From Eledone cirrhosa (Eukaryota), in assembly GCA_964016885.1 (NCBI GenBank), contig OZ024741.1, positions 4,774,001-4,838,000 of the forward strand: 64,000 nt of DNA, written 5' to 3'. Of the stretch, positions 45,251-60,500 are shown piece by piece. A program made the translations under genes and the position numbers. Under the pieces are notes generated by a model. That model was not told where the DNA came from, did no database searches, and worked only from the letters and a program-made list of their open reading frames with translations. The first letter of the stretch is position 1, and every line of letters begins with the position of its first letter.

Positions 45251-48200
45251 TAGCTGTAGTTATACTGTAACTGTAGATATACTGTAACTGTAGTTATACT
45301 GTAGCTGTAGTTATAATGTGATTTTAGTTACACTGTAACTGTAGTTATACTGTAACTGTAGTTATACTGTAGCTGTAGTTATACTGTGACTCTAGTTATA
45401 CTGTAACTGTAGTTATACTGCAACTGTAGTTATACTGTAACTGTAGTTATACTGTAACTGTAGTTATACTGCAACTGTAGTTATACTGCAACTGTAGTTA
45501 TACTGCAACTGTTGTTATACTGTAACTAGTTATACTGTAGCTGTAGTTATACTTTAACTGTAGATATCCTGTAGCTGTAGTTATAGTGTAACTGTAGTTA
45601 TACTGTAGCTATAGTTATACTTCAACTGTAGTTATACTGTAGCTGTAGTTATACTGTGACTGTAGTTATACTGTAGCTGTAGTTATACTGCAACTGTAGT
45701 TATACTGTAGCTGTACTTATACTGTGGCTTTTATTATACTGTAGCTGTAGTTATACTGCAACTGTAGTTATACTGCAACTGTAGTTATACTGTAACTGTA
45801 GTTATACTGTAGCTGTAGTTATACTGTAGCTGTAGTTATACTTTAACTGTAGATATACTGTAGCTGTAGTTATACTGTAACTGTAGTTATACAGTAGCTG
45901 TAGTTATACTGTAACTGTAGTTATAATGTAGCTGTAGTTATACTGTAACTGTAGATATACTGTAACTGTAGTTATACTGTAACTGTAGTTATAATGTAGC
46001 TGTAGTTATACTGTAACTGTAGATATACTGTAACTGTAGTTATACTGTAGCTGTAGTTATAATGTGATTGTAGTTACACTGTAACTGTAGTTATACTGTA
46101 ACTGTAGTTATACTGTAGCTGTAGTTATACTGTGACTCTAGTTATACTGTAACTGTAGTTATACTGCAACTGTAGTTATACTGTAACTGTAGTTATACTG
46201 TAACTGTAGTTATACTGCAACTGTAGTTATACTGCAACTGTAGTTATACTGCAACTGTTGTTATACTGTAACTAGTTATACTGTAGCTGTAGTTATACTT
46301 TAACTGTAGATATCCTGTAGCTGTAGTTATAGTGTAACTGTAGTTATACTGTAGCTATAGTTATACTGTGACTCTAGTTATACTGTAGCTGTAGTTATAC
46401 TGTGACTGTAGTTATAATGTAGCTGTAGTTATACTGTGACTGTAGTTATACTGTAGCTGTAGTTATACTGTAACTGTAGTTATACTGTGACTGTTATACT
46501 GTAGCTGTAGTTATACTGTCACTGTAGTAATACTGTAACTGTAGTTATACTGTAGCTGTAGTTATACTGTAACTGTAGTTATACTGTAACTAGTTATACT
46601 GTAACTGTAGATATACTGTAGCTGTAGTTATACTGTCACTGTAGCTATACTGTAGCTGTAGTTATACTGTAATTGTAGTTATACTGTAGCTATAGTTATA
46701 CTGTAACTGTAGTTATACTGTGACTTTAGTTATACTGTGACTAGTTATACTGTAACTGTAGTTATACTGTGACTGTAGTTATACTGTCACTATAGTTATG
46801 CTGTAACTGTAGTTATACTGTAACTGTAGTTATACTGTAGCTGTAGTTATACTGTAACTGTAGTTATACTTCAACTGTAGTTTTACCGTAGCTGTAGTTA
46901 TACTGTAACTGTAGTTATACTGTGACTAGTTATACTGTAACTGTAGTTATACTGTAGCTGTAGTTATACTGTAGCTGTAGTTATACTGTAGCTGTAGTTA
47001 TACTGCAACTGTAGTTATACTGTAACTGTAGTTATACTGCAACTGTAGTTATACTGTAACCGTAGTTATACTGTAACTGTAGTTATACTGCAACTGTAGT
47101 TATACTGTAACTGTAGTTATACTGTAACTGTAGTTATACTGTAGCTGTAGTTATACTGTAGCTGTAGTTATACTGTGACTGTAGTTATACTGTGACTAGT
47201 TATACTGTAACTGTAGTTATACTGTGACTGTAGTTATACTGTAGCTGTAGTTATACTGCAACTGTAGTTATACTGTAGCTGTAGTTATACTGTAGCTGTA
47301 GTTATACTGCAACTGTAGTTATACTGCAACTGTATTTATACTGCAACTGTAGTTATATTGCAGCTGTAGTTATACTGTAGCTGTAGTTATACTGTAGCTG
47401 TAGTTATACTGTAACTGTAGTTATACTGTAACTGTAGTTATACTGTAACTGTAGTTATACTGTAACTGTAGTTATACTGTAACTGTAGTTATACTGTAAC
47501 TGTAGTTATAGTGTAGCTGTAGTTATACTGTAACTGTAGTTATACTGTGACTGTAGTTATACTGTGACTGTAGTTATACTGTAACTGTAGTTATACTGTA
47601 ACTGTAGTTACACTGTAACTGTAGTTACACTGTAGCTGTAGTTATACTGTAACTGTAGTTATACTGTAACTGTAGTTATACTGTAACTGAAGTTATACTG
47701 TAGCTGTAGTTATACTGTAACTGTAGTTATACTGTAACTGTAGTTATACTGTAGCTGTAGTTATACTGTAACTGTAGTTATACTGTAGCTGTAGTTATAC
47801 TGTAACTGTAGTTATACTGTAACTGTAGTTATACTGTAACTGTAGTTATACTGTAACTGTAGTTATACTGTAGCTGTAGTTATACTGTAACTGTAGTTAC
47901 ACTGTAACTGTAGTTATACTCTAGCTGTAGTTATACTGTAACTGTAGTTATACTGTAACTGTAGTTATACTGTGACTGTAGTTATACTGTAACTGTAGTT
48001 ATACTCTAGCTGTAGTTATACTGTAACTGTAGTTATACTGTAACTGTAGTTATACTGTAGCTGTAGTTATACTGTAGCTGTAGTTACACTGTAACTGTAG
48101 TTATACTGTAACTGTAGTTATACTGTAACTGTAGTTATACTGTAACTGTAGTTATACTGTAACTGTAGTTATACTGTAACTGTAGTTATACTGTAACTGT

Positions 48201-51200
48201 AGTCATACTGTAGCTGTAGTCATACTGTGACTGTAGTTATACTGTAACTGTAGTTATACTGTAGCTGTAGTTATACTGTGACTGTAGTTATACTGTAACT
48301 GTAGTCATACTGTGACTGTAGTTATACTTCAACTGTAGTTATACTGTAACTGTAGTCATACTGTGACTGTAGTTATACTGTAACTGTAGTTATACTGTAA
48401 CTGTCGTTATACTGTAGCTGTAGTTATACTGTGACTGTAGTTATACTGTAACTGTAGTTATACTGTAACTGTCGTTATACTGTAGCTGTAGCTATTTTTA
48501 TATTGACTGTAGTTATACTGTAACTGTAGTTATACTGTAACTGTAGTTATACTGTAGCTGTAGTTATACTGTAACTGTAGTTATACTGTAACTGTAGTCA
48601 TACTGTAGCTGTAGTTATACTGTGACTGTAGTTATACTTCAACTGTAGTTATACTGTAACTGTAGTTATACTGTAACTGTAGTTATACTGTAACTGTAGT
48701 CATACTGTAGCTGTAGTTATACTGTGACTGTAGTTATACTGTAACTGTAGTTATACTGTAACTGTCGTTATACTGTAGCTGTAGTTATACTGTAGCTGTA
48801 GTTATACTGTAGCTGTAGTTATACTGTGACTGTAGTTATACTGTAACTGTAGTTATACTGTAACTGTAGTTATACTGTGACTGTAGTTATACTGTAACTG
48901 TAGTTATACTGTAGCTGTAGTTATACTGTAGCTGTAGTTATACTGTAACTGTAGTTATACTGTGACTAGTTATACTGTAGCTGTAGTTATACTGTCACTG
49001 TAGCTATACTGTCACTGTAGTTATAGTGTCACTGTAGTTATACTGTCACTATAGTAATACTGTAGCTGTAGTTATACTGTAACTGTAGTTATACTGTAAC
49101 TAGTTATACTGTAACTGTAGTTATACTTTAACTGTAGATATACTGTAGCTGTAGTTATACTGTCACTGTAGCTGTAGTTATACTGTAATTGTAGTTATAC
49201 TGTAGCTGTAGTTATACTGTGACTGTAGTTATACTGTAGCTGTAATTATAATGTAACTGTAGTTATACTGTAACTGTAGATATACTGTAACTGTAGTTAT
49301 ACTGTAGCTGTAGTTATACTGTGACTGTAGTTATACTGTCACTATAGTTATGCTGTAACTGTAGTTATACTGTAGCTGTAGTTATACTGTAGCTGTAATT
49401 ATACTGTAACTGTAGTTATACTGTGACTGTAGTTATACTGTGACTAGTTATACTGTAACTGTAGTTATACTGTCACTATAGTTATGCTGTAACTGTAGTT
49501 ATACTGTAACTGTAGTTATACTGTAACTGTAGTTATACTGTAACTGTAGTTATACTGCGACTGTAGTTATACTGTAACTGTAGTTATACTGTAACTGTAG
49601 TTATACTGCAACTGTAGTTATACTGTAACTGTAGTTATACTGTAACTGTAGTTATACTGTAACTGTAGTTATACTGCAACTGTAGTTATACTGTAACTGT
49701 AGTTATACTGTAGCTGTAGTTATACTGTGACTGTAGTTATACTGTCACTGTAGTTATACTGTCACTGTAGCTATACTGTAGCTGTAGTTATATTGTAGCT
49801 GTAGTTATACTGTAACTGTAGTTATACTGTAGCTGTAGTTATACTCTAACTGTAGTTATACTGTGACTGTAGTTATACCGTGACTGTTGTTATATTGTAA
49901 CTGTAGTTATACTATGACTTTAGTTATACTGTAACTGTAGTTATACTGTAACTGTAGTTATACTGTAGCTGTAGTTATGCTGTAAATGTAGATATACTGT
50001 AGCTGTATTTATACTGTGACTCTAGTTATACTGTAGCTGTAGTTATACTGTGACTGTAGTTATAATGTAGCTGTAGTTATACTGTGACTGTAGTTATACT
50101 GTAGCTGTAGTTATACTGTAACTGTAGTTATACTGTGACTAGTTATACTGTAGCTGTAGTTATACTGTCACTATAGTTATACTGTCACTGTAGCTATACT
50201 GTCACTATAGTAATACTGTAACTGTAGTTATACTGTAACTGTAGTTATACTTTAACTGTAGATATACTGTAGCTGTAGTTATACTGTCACTGTAGCTATA
50301 CTGTAGCTGTAGTTATACTGTAATTGTAGTTATACTGTAGCTGTAGTTATACTGTGTCTCTAGTTATGCTGTAACTGTAGTTATACTGTAGCTGTAATTA
50401 TAATGTAACTGTAGTTATACTGTAACTGTAGTTATACTGTAGCTGTAGTTATAATGTGACTGTAGTTATACTGTCACTATCGTTATGCTGTAACTGTAGT
50501 TATACTGTAGCTGTAGTTATACTGTAACTGTAGTTATACTGTGACTAGTTATACTGTAACTGTAGTTATACTGTCACTATAGTTATGCTGTCACTATAGT
50601 TATGCTGTCACTATAGTTATGCTGTAACTGTAGTTATACTGTAACTGTAGTTATACTGTGACTGTAGTTATACTTCAACTGTAGTTATACTGTAGCTGTA
50701 GTTATACTGTGACTGTAGTTATACTGTAGCTGTAGTTATACTGCAACTGTAGTTATACTGTAGCTGTACTTATACTGTGGCTTTTATTATACTGTAACTG
50801 TAGTTATACTGTAGCTGTAGTTATACTGCAACTGTAGTTATACTGCAACTGTAGTTATACTGTAACTGTAGTTATACTGTAGCTGTAGTTATACTGTAGC
50901 TGTAGTTATACTTTAACTGTAGATATACTGTAGCTGTAGTTATACTGTAACTGTAGTTATACAGTAGCTGTAGTTATACTGTAACTGTAGTTATAATGTA
51001 GCTGTAGTTATACTGTAACTGTAGATATACTGTAACTGTAGTTATACTGTAACTGTAGTTATAATGTAGCTGTAGTTATACTGTAACTGTAGATATACTG
51101 TAACTGTAGTTATACTGTAACTGTAGTTATACTGCAACTGTAGTTATACTGCAACTGTAGTTATACTGCAACTGTTGTTATACTGTAACTAGTTATACTG

Positions 51201-54200
51201 TAGCTGTAGTTATACTTTAACTGTAGATATCCTGTAGCTGTAGTTATAGTGTAACTGTAGTTATACTGTAGCTATAGTTATACTTCAACTGTAGTTATAC
51301 TGTAGCTGTAGTTATACTGTGACTGTAGTTATACTGTAGCTGTAGTTATACTGCAACTGTAGTTATACTGTAGCTGTACTTATACTGTGGCTTTTATTAT
51401 ACTGTAACTGTAGTTATACTGTAGCTGTAGTTATACTGCAACTGTAGTTATACTGCAACTGTAGTTATACTGTAACTGTAGTTATACTGTAGCTGTAGTT
51501 ATACTGTAGCTGTAGTTATACTTTAACTGTAGATATACTGTAGCTGTAGTTATACTGTAACTGTAGTTATACAGTAGCTGTAGTTATACTGTAACTGTAG
51601 TTATAATGTAGCTGTAGTTATACTGTAACTGTAGATATACTGTAACTGTAGTTATACTGTAACTGTAGTTATAATGTAGCTGTAGTTATACTGTAACTGT
51701 AGATATACTGTAACTGTAGTTATACTGTAGCTGTAGTTATAATGTGATTTTAGTTACACTGTAACTGTAGTTATACTGTAACTGTAGTTATACTGTAGCT
51801 GTAGTTATACTGTGACTCTAGTTATACTGTAACTGTAGTTATACTGCAACTGTAGTTATACTGTAACTGTAGTTATACTGTAACTGTAGTTATACTGCAA
51901 CTGTAGTTATACTGCAACTGTAGTTATACTGCAACTGTTGTTATACTGTAACTAGTTATACTGTAGCTGTAGTTATACTTTAACTGTAGATATCCTGTAG
52001 CTGTAGTTATAGTGTAACTGTAGTTATACTGTAGCTATAGTTATACTTCAACTGTAGTTATACTGTAGCTGTAGTTATACTGTGACTGTAGTTATACTGT
52101 AGCTGTAGTTATACTGCAACTGTAGTTATACTGTAGCTGTACTTATACTGTGGCTTTTATTATACTGTAGCTGTAGTTATACTGCAACTGTAGTTATACT
52201 GCAACTGTAGTTATACTGTAACTGTAGTTATACTGTAGCTGTAGTTATACTGTAGCTGTAGTTATACTTTAACTGTAGATATACTGTAGCTGTAGTTATA
52301 CTGTAACTGTAGTTATACAGTAGCTGTAGTTATACTGTAACTGTAGTTATAATGTAGCTGTAGTTATACTGTAACTGTAGATATACTGTAACTGTAGTTA
52401 TACTGTAACTGTAGTTATAATGTAGCTGTAGTTATACTGTAACTGTAGATATACTGTAACTGTAGTTATACTGTAGCTGTAGTTATAATGTGATTGTAGT
52501 TACACTGTAACTGTAGTTATACTGTAACTGTAGTTATACTGTAGCTGTAGTTATACTGTGACTCTAGTTATACTGTAACTGTAGTTATACTGCAACTGTA
52601 GTTATACTGTAACTGTAGTTATACTGTAACTGTAGTTATACTGCAACTGTAGTTATACTGCAACTGTAGTTATACTGCAACTGTTGTTATACTGTAACTA
52701 GTTATACTGTAGCTGTAGTTATACTTTAACTGTAGATATCCTGTAGCTGTAGTTATAGTGTAACTGTAGTTATACTGTAGCTATAGTTATACTGTGACTC
52801 TAGTTATACTGTAGCTGTAGTTATACTGTGACTGTAGTTATAATGTAGCTGTAGTTATACTGTGACTGTAGTTATACTGTAGCTGTAGTTATACTGTAAC
52901 TGTAGTTATACTGTGACTGTTATACTGTAGCTGTAGTTATACTGTCACTGTAGTAATACTGTAACTGTAGTTATACTGTAGCTGTAGTTATACTGTAACT
53001 GTAGTTATACTGTAACTAGTTATACTGTAACTGTAGATATACTGTAGCTGTAGTTATACTGTCACTGTAGCTATACTGTAGCTGTAGTTATACTGTAATT
53101 GTAGTTATACTGTAGCTATAGTTATACTGTAACTGTAGTTATACTGTGACTTTAGTTATACTGTGACTAGTTATACTGTAACTGTAGTTATACTGTGACT
53201 GTAGTTATACTGTCACTATAGTTATGCTGTAACTGTAGTTATACTGTAACTGTAGTTATACTGTAGCTGTAGTTATACTGTAACTGTAGTTATACTTCAA
53301 CTGTAGTTTTACCGTAGCTGTAGTTATACTGTAACTGTAGTTATACTGTGACTAGTTATACTGTAACTGTAGTTATACTGTAGCTGTAGTTATACTGTAG
53401 CTGTAGTTATACTGTAGCTGTAGTTATACTGCAACTGTAGTTATACTGTAACTGTAGTTATACTGCAACTGTAGTTATACTGTAACCGTAGTTATACTGT
53501 AACTGTAGTTATACTGCAACTGTAGTTATACTGTAACTGTAGTTATACTGTAACTGTAGTTATACTGTAGCTGTAGTTATACTGTAGCTGTAGTTATACT
53601 GTGACTGTAGTTATACTGTGACTAGTTATACTGTAACTGTAGTTATACTGTGACTGTAGTTATACTGTAGCTGTAGTTATACTGCAACTGTAGTTATACT
53701 GTAGCTGTAGTTATACTGTAGCTGTAGTTATACTGCAACTGTAGTTATACTGCAACTGTATTTATACTGCAACTGTAGTTATATTGCAGCTGTAGTTATA
53801 CTGTAGCTGTAGTTATACTGTAGCTGTAGTTATACTGTAACTGTAGTTATACTGTAACTGTAGTTATACTGTAACTGTAGTTATACTGTAACTGTAGTTA
53901 TACTGTAACTGTAGTTATACTGTAACTGTAGTTATAGTGTAGCTGTAGTTATACTGTAACTGTAGTTATACTGTGACTGTAGTTATACTGTGACTGTAGT
54001 TATACTGTAACTGTAGTTATACTGTAACTGTAGTTACACTGTAACTGTAGTTACACTGTAGCTGTAGTTATACTGTAACTGTAGTTATACTGTAACTGTA
54101 GTTATACTGTAACTGAAGTTATACTGTAGCTGTAGTTATACTGTAACTGTAGTTATACTGTAACTGTAGTTATACTGTAGCTGTAGTTATACTGTAACTG

Positions 54201-57200
54201 TAGTTATACTGTAGCTGTAGTTATACTGTAACTGTAGTTATACTGTAACTGTAGTTATACTGTAACTGTAGTTATACTGTAACTGTAGTTATACTGTAGC
54301 TGTAGTTATACTGTAACTGTAGTTACACTGTAACTGTAGTTATACTCTAGCTGTAGTTATACTGTAACTGTAGTTATACTGTAACTGTAGTTATACTGTG
54401 ACTGTAGTTATACTGTAACTGTAGTTATACTCTAGCTGTAGTTATACTGTAACTGTAGTTATACTGTAACTGTAGTTATACTGTAGCTGTAGTTATACTG
54501 TAGCTGTAGTTACACTGTAACTGTAGTTATACTGTAACTGTAGTTATACTGTAACTGTAGTTATACTGTAACTGTAGTTATACTGTAACTGTAGTTATAC
54601 TGTAACTGTAGTTATACTGTAACTGTAGTCATACTGTAGCTGTAGTCATACTGTGACTGTAGTTATACTGTAACTGTAGTTATACTGTAGCTGTAGTTAT
54701 ACTGTGACTGTAGTTATACTGTAACTGTAGTCATACTGTGACTGTAGTTATACTTCAACTGTAGTTATACTGTAACTGTAGTCATACTGTGACTGTAGTT
54801 ATACTGTAACTGTAGTTATACTGTAACTGTCGTTATACTGTAGCTGTAGTTATACTGTGACTGTAGTTATACTGTAACTGTAGTTATACTGTAACTGTCG
54901 TTATACTGTAGCTGTAGCTATTTTTATATTGACTGTAGTTATACTGTAACTGTAGTTATACTGTAACTGTAGTTATACTGTAGCTGTAGTTATACTGTAA
55001 CTGTAGTTATACTGTAACTGTAGTCATACTGTAGCTGTAGTTATACTGTGACTGTAGTTATACTTCAACTGTAGTTATACTGTAACTGTAGTTATACTGT
55101 AACTGTAGTTATACTGTAACTGTAGTCATACTGTAGCTGTAGTTATACTGTGACTGTAGTTATACTGTAACTGTAGTTATACTGTAACTGTCGTTATACT
55201 GTAGCTGTAGTTATACTGTAGCTGTAGTTATACTGTAGCTGTAGTTATACTGTGACTGTAGTTATACTGTAACTGTAGTTATACTGTAACTGTAGTTATA
55301 CTGTGACTGTAGTTATACTGTAACTGTAGTTATACTGTAGCTGTAGTTATACTGTAGCTGTAGTTATACTGTAACTGTAGTTATACTGTGACTAGTTATA
55401 CTGTAGCTGTAGTTATACTGTCACTGTAGCTATACTGTCACTGTAGTTATAGTGTCACTGTAGTTATACTGTCACTATAGTAATACTGTAGCTGTAGTTA
55501 TACTGTAACTGTAGTTATACTGTAACTAGTTATACTGTAACTGTAGTTATACTTTAACTGTAGATATACTGTAGCTGTAGTTATACTGTCACTGTAGCTG
55601 TAGTTATACTGTAATTGTAGTTATACTGTAGCTGTAGTTATACTGTGACTGTAGTTATACTGTAGCTGTAATTATAATGTAACTGTAGTTATACTGTAAC
55701 TGTAGATATACTGTAACTGTAGTTATACTGTAGCTGTAGTTATACTGTGACTGTAGTTATACTGTCACTATAGTTATGCTGTAACTGTAGTTATACTGTA
55801 GCTGTAGTTATACTGTAGCTGTAATTATACTGTAACTGTAGTTATACTGTGACTGTAGTTATACTGTGACTAGTTATACTGTAACTGTAGTTATACTGTC
55901 ACTATAGTTATGCTGTAACTGTAGTTATACTGTAACTGTAGTTATACTGTAACTGTAGTTATACTGTAACTGTAGTTATACTGCGACTGTAGTTATACTG
56001 TAACTGTAGTTATACTGTAACTGTAGTTATACTGCAACTGTAGTTATACTGTAACTGTAGTTATACTGTAACTGTAGTTATACTGTAACTGTAGTTATAC
56101 TGCAACTGTAGTTATACTGTAACTGTAGTTATACTGTAGCTGTAGTTATACTGTGACTGTAGTTATACTGTCACTGTAGTTATACTGTCACTGTAGCTAT
56201 ACTGTAGCTGTAGTTATATTGTAGCTGTAGTTATACTGTAACTGTAGTTATACTGTAGCTGTAGTTATACTCTAACTGTAGTTATACTGTGACTGTAGTT
56301 ATACCGTGACTGTTGTTATATTGTAACTGTAGTTATACTATGACTTTAGTTATACTGTAACTGTAGTTATACTGTAACTGTAGTTATACTGTAGCTGTAG
56401 TTATGCTGTAAATGTAGATATACTGTAGCTGTATTTATACTGTGACTCTAGTTATACTGTAGCTGTAGTTATACTGTGACTGTAGTTATAATGTAGCTGT
56501 AGTTATACTGTGACTGTAGTTATACTGTAGCTGTAGTTATACTGTAACTGTAGTTATACTGTGACTAGTTATACTGTAGCTGTAGTTATACTGTCACTAT
56601 AGTTATACTGTCACTGTAGCTATACTGTCACTATAGTAATACTGTAACTGTAGTTATACTGTAACTGTAGTTATACTTTAACTGTAGATATACTGTAGCT
56701 GTAGTTATACTGTCACTGTAGCTATACTGTAGCTGTAGTTATACTGTAATTGTAGTTATACTGTAGCTGTAGTTATACTGTGTCTCTAGTTATGCTGTAA
56801 CTGTAGTTATACTGTAGCTGTAATTATAATGTAACTGTAGTTATACTGTAACTGTAGTTATACTGTAGCTGTAGTTATAATGTGACTGTAGTTATACTGT
56901 CACTATCGTTATGCTGTAACTGTAGTTATACTGTAGCTGTAGTTATACTGTAACTGTAGTTATACTGTGACTAGTTATACTGTAACTGTAGTTATACTGT
57001 CACTATAGTTATGCTGTCACTATAGTTATGCTGTCACTATAGTTATGCTGTAACTGTAGTTATACTGTAACTGTAGTTATACTGTGACTGTAGTTATACT
57101 TCAACTGTAGTTATACTGTAGCTGTAGTTATACTGTGACTGTAGTTATACTGTAGCTGTAGTTATACTGCAACTGTAGTTATACTGTAGCTGTACTTATA

Positions 57201-57545
57201 CTGTGGCTTTTATTATACTGTAACTGTAGTTATACTGTAGCTGTAGTTATACTGCAACTGTAGTTATACTGCAACTGTAGTTATACTGTAACTGTAGTTA
57301 TACTGTAGCTGTAGTTATACTGTAGCTGTAGTTATACTTTAACTGTAGATATACTGTAGCTGTAGTTATACTGTAACTGTAGTTATACAGTAGCTGTAGT
57401 TATACTGTAACTGTAGTTATAATGTAGCTGTAGTTATACTGTAACTGTAGATATACTGTAACTGTAGTTATACTGTAACTGTAGTTATAATGTAGCTGTA
57501 GTTATACTGTAACTGTAGATATACTGTAACTGTAGTTATACTGTA
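44860..57545. repeat. Near-identical tandem duplication with offset 6426 bp
   Basis: Rare variants at a constant 6426 offset: GTGATTTTAGTTACAC 45318/51744, AACTGAAGTT 47685/54111, GCTATTTTTATATTGA 48491/54917, TGTGTCTCTAG 50353/56779, GTGGCTTTT 50777/57203. Confidence 0.88.
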
Positions 57546-60500
57546 GCTGTAGTTATAATGTGATTGTAGTTACACTGTAACTGTAGTTATACTGTAACTG
57601 TAGTTATACTGTAGCTGTAGTTATACTGTGACTCTAGTTATACTGTAACTGTAGTTATACTGCAACTGTAGTTATACTGTAACTGTAGTTATACTGTAAC
57701 TGTAGTTATACTGCAACTGTAGTTATACTGCAACTGTAGTTATACTGCAACTGTTGTTATACTGTAACTAGTTATACTGTAGCTGTAGTTATACTTTAAC
57801 TGTAGATATCCTGTAGCTGTAGTTATAGTGTAACTGTAGTTATACTGTAGCTATAGTTATACTTCAACTGTAGTTATACTGTAGCTGTAGTTATACTGTG
57901 ACTGTAGTTATACTGTAGCTGTAGTTATACTGCAACTGTAGTTATACTGTAGCTGTACTTATACTGTGGCTTTTATTATACTGTAACTGTAGTTATACTG
58001 TAGCTGTAGTTATACTGCAACTGTAGTTATACTGCAACTGTAGTTATACTGTAACTGTAGTTATACTGTAGCTGTAGTTATACTGTAGCTGTAGTTATAC
58101 TTTAACTGTAGATATACTGTAGCTGTAGTTATACTGTAACTGTAGTTATACAGTAGCTGTAGTTATACTGTAACTGTAGTTATAATGTAGCTGTAGTTAT
58201 ACTGTAACTGTAGATATACTGTAACTGTAGTTATACTGTAACTGTAGTTATAATGTAGCTGTAGTTATACTGTAACTGTAGATATACTGTAACTGTAGTT
58301 ATACTGTAGCTGTAGTTATAATGTGATTGTAGTTACACTGTAACTGTAGTTATACTGTAACTGTAGTTATACTGTAGCTGTAGTTATACTGTGACTCTAG
58401 TTATACTGTAACTGTAGTTATACTGCAACTGTAGTTATACTGTAACTGTAGTTATACTGTAACTGTAGTTATACTGCAACTGTAGTTATACTGCAACTGT
58501 AGTTATACTGCAACTGTTGTTATACTGTAACTAGTTATACTGTAGCTGTAGTTATACTTTAACTGTAGATATCCTGTAGCTGTAGTTATAGTGTAACTGT
58601 AGTTATACTGTAGCTATAGTTATACTGTGACTCTAGTTATACTGTAGCTGTAGTTATACTGTGACTGTAGTTATAATGTAGCTGTAGTTATACTGTGACT
58701 GTAGTTATACTGTAGCTGTAGTTATACTGTAACTGTAGTTATACTTTGACTGTTATACTGTAGCTGTAGTTATACTGTCACTGTAGTAATACTGTAACTG
58801 TAGTTATACTGTAGCTGTAGTTATACTGTAACTGTAGTTATACTGTAACTAGTTATACTGTAACTGTAGATATACTGTAGCTGTAGTTATACTGTCACTG
58901 TAGCTATACTGTAGCTGTCGTTATACTGTAATTGTAGTTATACTGTAGCTATAGTTATACTGTAACTGTAGTTATACTGTGACTTTAGTTATACTGTGAC
59001 TAGTTATACTGTAACTGTAGTTATACTGTGACTGTAGTTATACTGTCACTATAGTTATGCTGTAACTGTAGTTATACTGTAACTGTAGTTATACTGTAGC
59101 TGTAGTTATACTGTAACTGTAGTTATACTTCAACTGTAGTTTTACCGTAGCTGTAGTTATACTGTAACTGTAGTTATACTGTGACTAGTTATACTGTAAC
59201 TGTAGTTATACTGTAGCTGTAGTTATACTGCAACTGTAGTTATACTGTAGCTGTAGTTATACTGTAGCTGTAGTTATACTGCAACTGTAGTTATACTGTA
59301 ACTGTAGTTATACTGCAACTGTAGTTATACTGTAACCGTAGTTATACTGTAACTGTAGTTATACTGCAACTGTAGTTATACTGTAACTGTAGTTATACTG
59401 TAACTGTAGTTATACTGTAGCTGTAGTTATACTGTAGCTGTAGTTATACTGTGACTGTAGTTATACTGTGACTAGTTATACTGTAACTGTAGTTATACTG
59501 TGACTGTAGTTATACTGTAGCTGTAGTTATACTGCAACTGTAGTTATACTGTAGCTGTAGTTATACTGTAGCTGTAGTTATACTGCAACTGTAGTTATAC
59601 TGCAACTGTAGTTATACTGCAACTGTAGTTATATTGCAGCTGTAGTTATACTGTAGCTGTAGTTATACTGTAGCTGTAGTTATACTGTAACTGTAGTTAT
59701 ACTGTAACTGTAGTTATACTGTAACTGTAGTTATACTGTAACTGTAGTTATACTGTAACTGTAGTTATACTGTAACTGTAGTTATACTGTAGCTGTAGTT
59801 ATACTGTAACTGTAGTTATACTGTGACTGTAGTTATACTGTGACTGTAGTTATACTGTAACTGTAGTTATACTGTAACTGTAGTTACACTGTAACTGTAG
59901 TTACACTGTAGCTGTAGTTATACTGTAACTGTAGTTATACTGTAACTGTAGTTATACTGTAACTGTAGTTATACTGTAGCTGTAGTTATACTGTAACTGT
60001 AGTTATACTGTAACTGTAGTTATACTGTAGCTGTAGTTATACTGTAACTGTAGTTATACTGTAGCTGTAGTTATACTGTAACTGTAGTTATACTGTAACT
60101 GTAGTTATACTGTAACTGTAGTTATACTGTAACTGTAGTTATACTGTAGCTGTAGTTATACTGTAACTGTAGTTACACTGTAACTGTAGTTATACTCTAG
60201 CTGTAGTTATACTGTAACTGTAGTTATACTGTAACTGTAGTTATACTGTAACTGTAGTTATACTGTAACTGTAGTTATACTCTAGCTGTAGTTATACTGT
60301 AACTGTAGTTATACTGTAACTGTAGTTATACTGTAGCTGTAGTTATACTGTAGCTGTAGTTACACTGTAACTGTAGTTATACTGTAACTGTAGTTATACT
60401 GTAACTGTAGTTATACTGTAACTGTAGTTATACTGTAACTGTAGTTATACTGTAACTGTAGTTATACTGTAACTGTAGTCATACTGTAGCTGTAGTCATA

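Larger units (their letters stand above)
19200..48550. repeat. Tandem duplication of ~14.7 kb (about 19.2-33.9 kb and 33.9-48.5 kb)
   Basis: Collinear marker pairs: 19241/33909, 20816/35484 and 21891/36559 (all offset 14668); TTGGAGC 23121/37806 and 26855/41591; GTGGCTTTT 30240/44961; GCTATTTTTATATTGA 33759/48491. Confidence 0.88.
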
